From IMG/VR virus record IMGVR_UViG_3300042887_005646: a stretch of DNA of 64,000 bases; one strand, given 5' to 3'. This document shows, one piece after another, positions 58,922 to 64,000 of this stretch. Both the position numbers and the translations under genes were made by a program. The stretch is from an uncultured virus (IMG/VR IMGVR_UViG_3300042887_005646). Its lineage: Duplodnaviria; Heunggongvirae; Uroviricota; Caudoviricetes. Below the pieces are notes generated by a model. It saw only the letters and a list, made by a program, of their open reading frames with translations. It was not told the origin of the DNA and did not search any database. The first letter of the stretch is position 1. Each line of letters opens with the position of its first letter.

Positions 58922-60055
58922 CTAGTTTATAGAGGCCTGTAAGGCAATAAGACACTGGCGGGCTATCTGTCGAGCGGCATCTCTTTCGCTTAAACCTCTG
59001 CGCTGTTCGACCTCTAACTGTCGGCTAAGGTTTGAGATGTACCGATCGAGCGCGGCTTTTCTGCCTGGGCGAAGGTTGCTCGAGTCTATCGAACGGTCAA
59101 AAAGACTCTCGAGATCGCCGGGAGTCATTCTAAATCCGGCCCGCATAATGATTTCCTCAATAGCGCCCTTAGTGTCGGTCTGATTTAGCGGTCTGGCAAC
59201 GGGACCGTTGTGCGAACGCGTAATGCGGACCCCCGGGCTGTTGTCGTCAATCGTGTAAGTAGTTTTACCCCGGCTCGGCGGGTTAGTAACTCTAGTCTGG
59301 ACCGTAGGAAGATTATCGAAAGAGTAGCCTGGATTAGCGACTCTTTCGCTCGCTGATGACTCTACTACAGAATCCAAAGGTATCGAGATCTGGTCGGTCG
59401 GAGGCGAGTCTTCATACATGTGAGTAATCTTTTCTTTCTTCTTATCGGCAGCTCTTTTGAGGCCGTGGCTGATAAGACTCGTCGCAGTGGGAGAGAGCCC
59501 GACGGCTTTTCTCACAGCGCCCGGGTTCTTAAGGCGCAATGAGCCTGGGTCTCTCATAATGGGCGGCGGGGGCTCGGTCGATTTGATGAGCTGAATGAAA
59601 AGGGGGCCTGATCTGAATCTATAGGTAGACGTTTTATCGTCCGCGTAGATGTAGGTAGAGCTTATGCCGCTAAAGTTTGCGCCCTCTATGTCGGCGCCCT
59701 CAAGAATAGCAAAGTCTAAGATGGCGCCCGTAAAGTCGCACATAGCCAGCACAGCGTCTTTGAAAGAGGCGTTTCTTAAATTGCTGCCAATGAAAGTCGC
59801 GTTAGTCAGATCCGCGCCCTCGAAGTTAGCGCCCGTAAGATCCGAGTTATCGAAATTGGCATTGGTCAAAACAGCGCTCTCAAACCCGATATTATTAAGG
59901 GGCCTGTTGCTGAGATCTACACCTGGAAGAACGGCGCCCGACAGCGATGCAAATGGGCGGACTCTGGCGAGCAAAGAGAGCGAGACCTCGCTAAGAGGAC
60001 CAGGGCCCTGAGGCTCGCCATTTCTTTTTCTTCTTATTTCGTATGTGTATTCCAT
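58922..60055 (-). CDS. Pentapeptide repeat protein with three RxxNP-delimited C-terminal segments
   Basis: 377 aa; repeats at about residues 35-135; RLKNP, RVANP, RVTNP. Confidence 0.85.
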   Translation of the reverse strand: MEYTYEIRRKRNGEPQGPGPLSEVSLSLLARVRPFASLSGAVLPGVDLSNRPLNNIGFESAVLTNANFDNSDLTGANFEGADLTNATFIGSNLRNASFKDAVLAMCDFTGAILDFAILEGADIEGANFSGISSTYIYADDKTSTYRFRSGPLFIQLIKSTEPPPPIMRDPGSLRLKNPGAVRKAVGLSPTATSLISHGLKRAADKKKEKITHMYEDSPPTDQISIPLDSVVESSASERVANPGYSFDNLPTVQTRVTNPPSRGKTTYTIDDNSPGVRITRSHNGPVARPLNQTDTKGAIEEIIMRAGFRMTPGDLESLFDRSIDSSNLRPGRKAALDRYISNLSRQLEVEQRRGLSERDAARQIARQCLIALQASIN

Positions 60056-60123
60056 GCTATTACTTACTTTGAGGTATTGTAATTGATGTAGATCTAGGCC
60101 CTAACGTACGGGATTACTTAAAA

Positions 60124-60525
60124 TTACTTAAAGTTCTTCCTGTAGTATTGCAGCGCCTTCATGACCTTAGGGTCGTCAGAGTATCTTTTAGCAATCTCGT
60201 GCTCGACCGTGTGGTAATCCTCGGCGCTGCCGAAGCCTCGCTCCATATAGGTAATCGCAAGTATGGCGTGGCGCTGATCGTGAATCGGCCAGCTCTTTTT
60301 ATCGGGCATAGCGAAATCTCTCGGGCGAAGGTGCGCCCGCTCAGAGGCAGTAAGCCCTCCAAGTTTGCCCGGGTTGTCCATTCTGCCCGACGGGTTCTTA
60401 GGTGCGATTGGTGCCGCGAAATGGCGGCCATCTCTGCTGCGGGTAGCAATGAACCTCTCCGGGTCTAAGCTAGATGCCGGATAGTTAGTAAGATAAAAGA
60501 GCATCATTTCTTTCTCGCTCATCAT
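60124..60525 (-). CDS. Phage protein, DUF6582-like domain preceded by RMDNP
   Basis: 133 aa; LTxxERxxLxxxDFAxP..WPIHD..HA..A pattern recalled from that family (tentative). Confidence 0.7.
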   Translation of the reverse strand: MMSEKEMMLFYLTNYPASSLDPERFIATRSRDGRHFAAPIAPKNPSGRMDNPGKLGGLTASERAHLRPRDFAMPDKKSWPIHDQRHAILAITYMERGFGSAEDYHTVEHEIAKRYSDDPKVMKALQYYRKNFK

Positions 60526-60537
60526 ATAAGACTCCTA

Positions 60538-61536
60538 TTAGTAATAATCGGTCAGTATATTAAGACAGTCGTCGATCGCCTCAATGACCATCTCGATGAT
60601 CTCATTGGTTTCGTTATCCGGCGCCTTTTTGATGCACCGCAGGATTCGCTCGCCCGGGGTTCCACTATGTCGTTCGATCTTTAGGTAATCTTCCGTTTCA
60701 TCGGCGCACTTATCGAGTCTGTTCTCTAGCCGAATCTCGGCCTCTTCAATATAGGTCCTGCTGATATCTACAGCGAATCCGCACAGGTTAACAACGTCTG
60801 CTAGCGCCGGGCTAGCGAGCTCGTCCTGATAATCTATAGCTTTCTTAATTACATTCTCAATAGCGTCTTTTATATAGAGGGCGTTATTAGGAGAGTCGGT
60901 CTCCTCGTAGGCCTGAACGATTACGCTAGATATTCCCTCGGCTAGCCAGATAGAGTCAATAAAGTATTCGGTTCTCCAGGCTTCAGAATCTTTCTCTTCT
61001 GGCGGGCAGTTTGAGTAGAGCGACATTTGAGCGCGAGATAGTGCTAAATATAGCTTACTTATAAGACCGTCACCTTTAAATTCTTCAGACTTGCTTACTC
61101 TTTGCAGTTTAAGGAGAACAGCTTCGAGGCTGTTAGCCGTGTTGTCTATCTTTAAGAATATAAGCTCTTTAGCCAGTGCTTTATATTCGGCCGCGTTATT
61201 TCGCCGGGTCAATAAAACGGTCGGGACAACCGTGTTCACCAAAAGAGAAAGCAGGGCTAAAGCCTCCTCGTAGACGTTTTCTTCGTGCCAGTTAATATCT
61301 TCGAAACTGATGCGATTCTGTATGAACTTTTTATACTCGGACTCGCCCTCATAGAGATCGGGGTACAGAGAAGCCGCGCACTCAGCTCGGTTTCTCTGCT
61401 CGTCTTCTATTGTCATAGAGGGGCTTATTGTAATAGTTCTGCGCCCCATGCCGTAAGCTCTCCGGCCGTTTGCCCGCATCTTATCGTGCATATAGGCAAG
61501 CATCTCATGTATTAATTTGCTTTTAACAAATGACAT
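60538..61536 (-). CDS. Hypothetical helical protein with conserved C-terminal domain
   Basis: 332 aa; SPAL...EAIDDCL. Confidence 0.8.
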   Translation of the reverse strand: MSFVKSKLIHEMLAYMHDKMRANGRRAYGMGRRTITISPSMTIEDEQRNRAECAASLYPDLYEGESEYKKFIQNRISFEDINWHEENVYEEALALLSLLVNTVVPTVLLTRRNNAAEYKALAKELIFLKIDNTANSLEAVLLKLQRVSKSEEFKGDGLISKLYLALSRAQMSLYSNCPPEEKDSEAWRTEYFIDSIWLAEGISSVIVQAYEETDSPNNALYIKDAIENVIKKAIDYQDELASPALADVVNLCGFAVDISRTYIEEAEIRLENRLDKCADETEDYLKIERHSGTPGERILRCIKKAPDNETNEIIEMVIEAIDDCLNILTDYY

Positions 61537-61540
61537 GCGT

Positions 61541-62563
61541 TTAATCCTGAGAGTCGCCGATTTCTAATAGGGCAATACAGTCTTCCACGGCCGCGGCTAT
61601 GGTAGCGCTGGACTCCTCTAAAAATTTACCTTTTTTGAGGGCTAGCACGGCTGCCTCGCCGGCGCTTCTGCAGTTGCTGAGATCTAGGCCAGTTATTTCC
61701 TGAAGCTCACGAATGCAGTAGCTCAATCTGGCTCTCACTTTTGCCTCCAGCTCAGGGCTGGTGCCCGATGGGACCTCTGCCAGAAAGCCTGTCTGATATA
61801 AGAACTGCGTCAAGGCAGGGCTCTCGTTCTCAGGGCTCTCCATCTCTAGAATTCTCTCTAGCGTATCCGATATTGCCACAGAGGTATCTTTAATGAACTT
61901 CTCGGCGATATCTTCCGGCCAGTTTAACTCGGCATAGTAAATCATTTTGAAAATAGGCAAAACGATTGCTGCTGCTCTATTAGGTAAAGAGAGTAGAGCG
62001 CCTTCGGCGCCAGGGTAGAGTCTCTTTGCCATCAGTCTAATATAGGCGCCCATGTTTAGTGGTTTATCCACATCCATAAAAAGACTGCCGATATAGGTAT
62101 AGCTCGTAGTGCTAAGTAGCGGAGGGCATGCCCTAAGCTCGCGGGCGAAGAACTCATACTCCTCCGGATCGCCTTTAGTAATGTCCCCGATAAAAACCTC
62201 AGTCTCTAGAAAATTAGGGTAGATCTCACGGCAGACCGTGTCTGCTAGCATCATCGCGCCCGTGTTATTTGTGGTGATCCCGAACTTTTTCCTGTCGGAG
62301 TCAAGCGCGCGTTTGAGGCGCCTCACTACAGTGGGGTAGATAATCCCTGCCGTTCTTTCCGTTAAGCTGTCGAACGGCGTCTCCAGAGAATGCGCGGAGT
62401 TGTAGCTCTCTAATAGGCTTTGAAGCTCTCTGCTGTCGTAATAGTCATTGAGCACAATGTTTTTAGGGACAAAGGGAGACTCAGACTCGGGCCAAATATT
62501 GGATAGAGTCCAGATATACCGGGCTAAAAAAATCTCAATTATATTATCGGGCCTTGTCTGCAT
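61541..62563 (-). CDS. Hypothetical helical protein with conserved C-terminal domain
   Basis: 340 aa; SPALTQFL...AAVEDCI. Confidence 0.8.
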   Translation of the reverse strand: MQTRPDNIIEIFLARYIWTLSNIWPESESPFVPKNIVLNDYYDSRELQSLLESYNSAHSLETPFDSLTERTAGIIYPTVVRRLKRALDSDRKKFGITTNNTGAMMLADTVCREIYPNFLETEVFIGDITKGDPEEYEFFARELRACPPLLSTTSYTYIGSLFMDVDKPLNMGAYIRLMAKRLYPGAEGALLSLPNRAAAIVLPIFKMIYYAELNWPEDIAEKFIKDTSVAISDTLERILEMESPENESPALTQFLYQTGFLAEVPSGTSPELEAKVRARLSYCIRELQEITGLDLSNCRSAGEAAVLALKKGKFLEESSATIAAAVEDCIALLEIGDSQD

Positions 62564-62649
62564 GGTAACCCCATTATCTAAATATCATTATACCTTTAAC
62601 ATTAAGATTAACAATGCCGCAGGCCAAAAAAGCCGTCTAAGATCGGGTG

Positions 62650-63714
62650 CTAAGCTACAATCTCAGCCCTGATTATCTTAGCGCAGTCATCTATAGCATC
62701 GAAAATATAGGCCAAGACGGTGTCTGACTCGCCCGCGCGGGACAGGGCTTTTTTTGCTACGGCGCCTGGCGTGTGCTTACTGTCATGCTCATCGGAGACT
62801 GCTTTAACAGCAAAAGGCGTAAGGATTTTCTGGAGATCCTTCAGGCGGGTCTCGACGGCTAGCTCCTGATCCAAAGTTATTGTGTCAAATGCGCGGACTC
62901 GGATCGGGATGTTCGTCTCCTCCAGAAAGGACTCAAGGGACTTACTGGCCTCAGATACCTGCAGAATGTTCTCGAGCATGTCGTTCATTCTACCGAACGC
63001 CCACTTAGTATTCTCTATGTAGTAATGCGGCTCTCCGCCTGAGGGGTCTGCAAAGGTCTTAGATGCCCAGAAAATTACAGCGGCTATGGAAGCTGCAACG
63101 TCATAGGGATTAGTGAGCTTGCCGTACTCTGAGTGGGTGACCTTAGGAAACCCGGCCTCGATTGACTCCATCACCGGGTCCATGAACTTAAGAAGCTCGG
63201 AGTACTGAATTAGAGCTACCTTAAAATTGAACCTCTCGAGGGTATCTTCGCTAGACTGATTTGCTGCGAGATACCTGTCGATCTTATGAGCGAGCTCTTC
63301 GTAATTTTTATGTGAGCTCGCTTTGCACTTCGCTAGGTCTAGCTCCAGCTCTTGTGCCAGGCCCGATATTCCTTTTGCGGCCTCGCATGGGATGTCTCGA
63401 AGGATCCACAATAACTCCAGAGCCGCTGCGTGGATTCTGTCAGCCAGGACAGGCATCTCGTTGGGCGCTCCAGGAATAGGCTGCTTCTCTACAGTCTCAC
63501 TCTTAACCGGCGACGCCATAAGGTTAAGGTAGTAGCTCGGCTCTTTATATGCGCTGTAGACCCTAAACATAGTGTGAGCGCCGTATTTAATGTCTCTCTT
63601 TTTAGAGAAGGTCCCTAGAAAAAAAGGCGTTATGGCGGTGCCGGCAGTTGTATCAGGTGCGGCATACTCGTTGATGTAGCACTTTATGATCCTATAGACT
63701 AATTCGCTGTTCAT
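62650..63714 (-). CDS. Hypothetical helical protein with conserved C-terminal domain
   Basis: 354 aa; SLESFL...DAIDDCA. Confidence 0.8.
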   Translation of the reverse strand: MNSELVYRIIKCYINEYAAPDTTAGTAITPFFLGTFSKKRDIKYGAHTMFRVYSAYKEPSYYLNLMASPVKSETVEKQPIPGAPNEMPVLADRIHAAALELLWILRDIPCEAAKGISGLAQELELDLAKCKASSHKNYEELAHKIDRYLAANQSSEDTLERFNFKVALIQYSELLKFMDPVMESIEAGFPKVTHSEYGKLTNPYDVAASIAAVIFWASKTFADPSGGEPHYYIENTKWAFGRMNDMLENILQVSEASKSLESFLEETNIPIRVRAFDTITLDQELAVETRLKDLQKILTPFAVKAVSDEHDSKHTPGAVAKKALSRAGESDTVLAYIFDAIDDCAKIIRAEIVA

Positions 63715-63746
63715 TTAAGCACTTGTGGCTGTTGGTGTTGTTCGGC

Positions 63747-63775
63747 GGTATAGTGAAGGGGCCGTGTACTGTCAA
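63747..63775 (-). promoter_or_regulatory. Sigma70-type promoter candidate
   Basis: TTGACA-17 nt-TATACC upstream of 63714. Confidence 0.5.
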
Positions 63776-64000
63776 CTTGAATAAATTAATCTAATTTATG
63801 TGCTCTCTGCTTAGACGCCAAAAGCGTCTAAAATATAATCTAGGGTCTCATCGGGGCGGGGGCTCAAGGCTACGGCAAGCTCGAAGGCGTCGGCAAGCCT
63901 TTCTTTTAGTGTCTCATCATACCCAACTGCGAGATCTTGTCTGCCGGCATTATGTAAATTTCTCAAGCTGGCTCTTGTAGCCTCAATTTTAGTGATACTA

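Noticed and set aside
18895..60011. Many opposite-strand ORFs rich in SAP/FAP/KLA or QVR repeats
   Set aside because: Reverse-complement or frameshifted readings of pentapeptide repeats

Overview
This looks like a 64-kb segment of a large bacterial virus, although no capsid, terminase, portal or polymerase gene lies in the window. The evidence is dense co-oriented genes with Shine-Dalgarno sites, TAATG/ATGA overlaps, sigma70-type promoters, a lone tRNA-Leu(UAA), a CHAP hydrolase and phage-type hypothetical families. The left arm (1-18.6 kb, minus strand, GC-richer) is early-gene-like. It holds a MoxR/RavA-type AAA+ ATPase with a VWA partner, an AT-hook/RHH-like regulator and small acidic or repeat proteins, with recurring intergenic hairpins and leaders. 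The window encodes 33 pentapeptide-repeat proteins (PRPs), 31 of them in the right part (18.7-64 kb). Fourteen form a tandem, mostly translationally coupled array with shared caps and signs of shuffling. Others are modular, with a PRP solenoid, a variable C-terminal domain (three ADP-ribosyltransferase-like, one EEIQTD-type) and a C4 zinc finger. The most striking unexplained signal is an R-x-x-N-P pentapeptide: 23 copies in 13 proteins, mostly at module junctions, suggesting a processing or virion-sorting signal for a diversified cargo set. All family assignments come from motif recognition by eye, not database searches.
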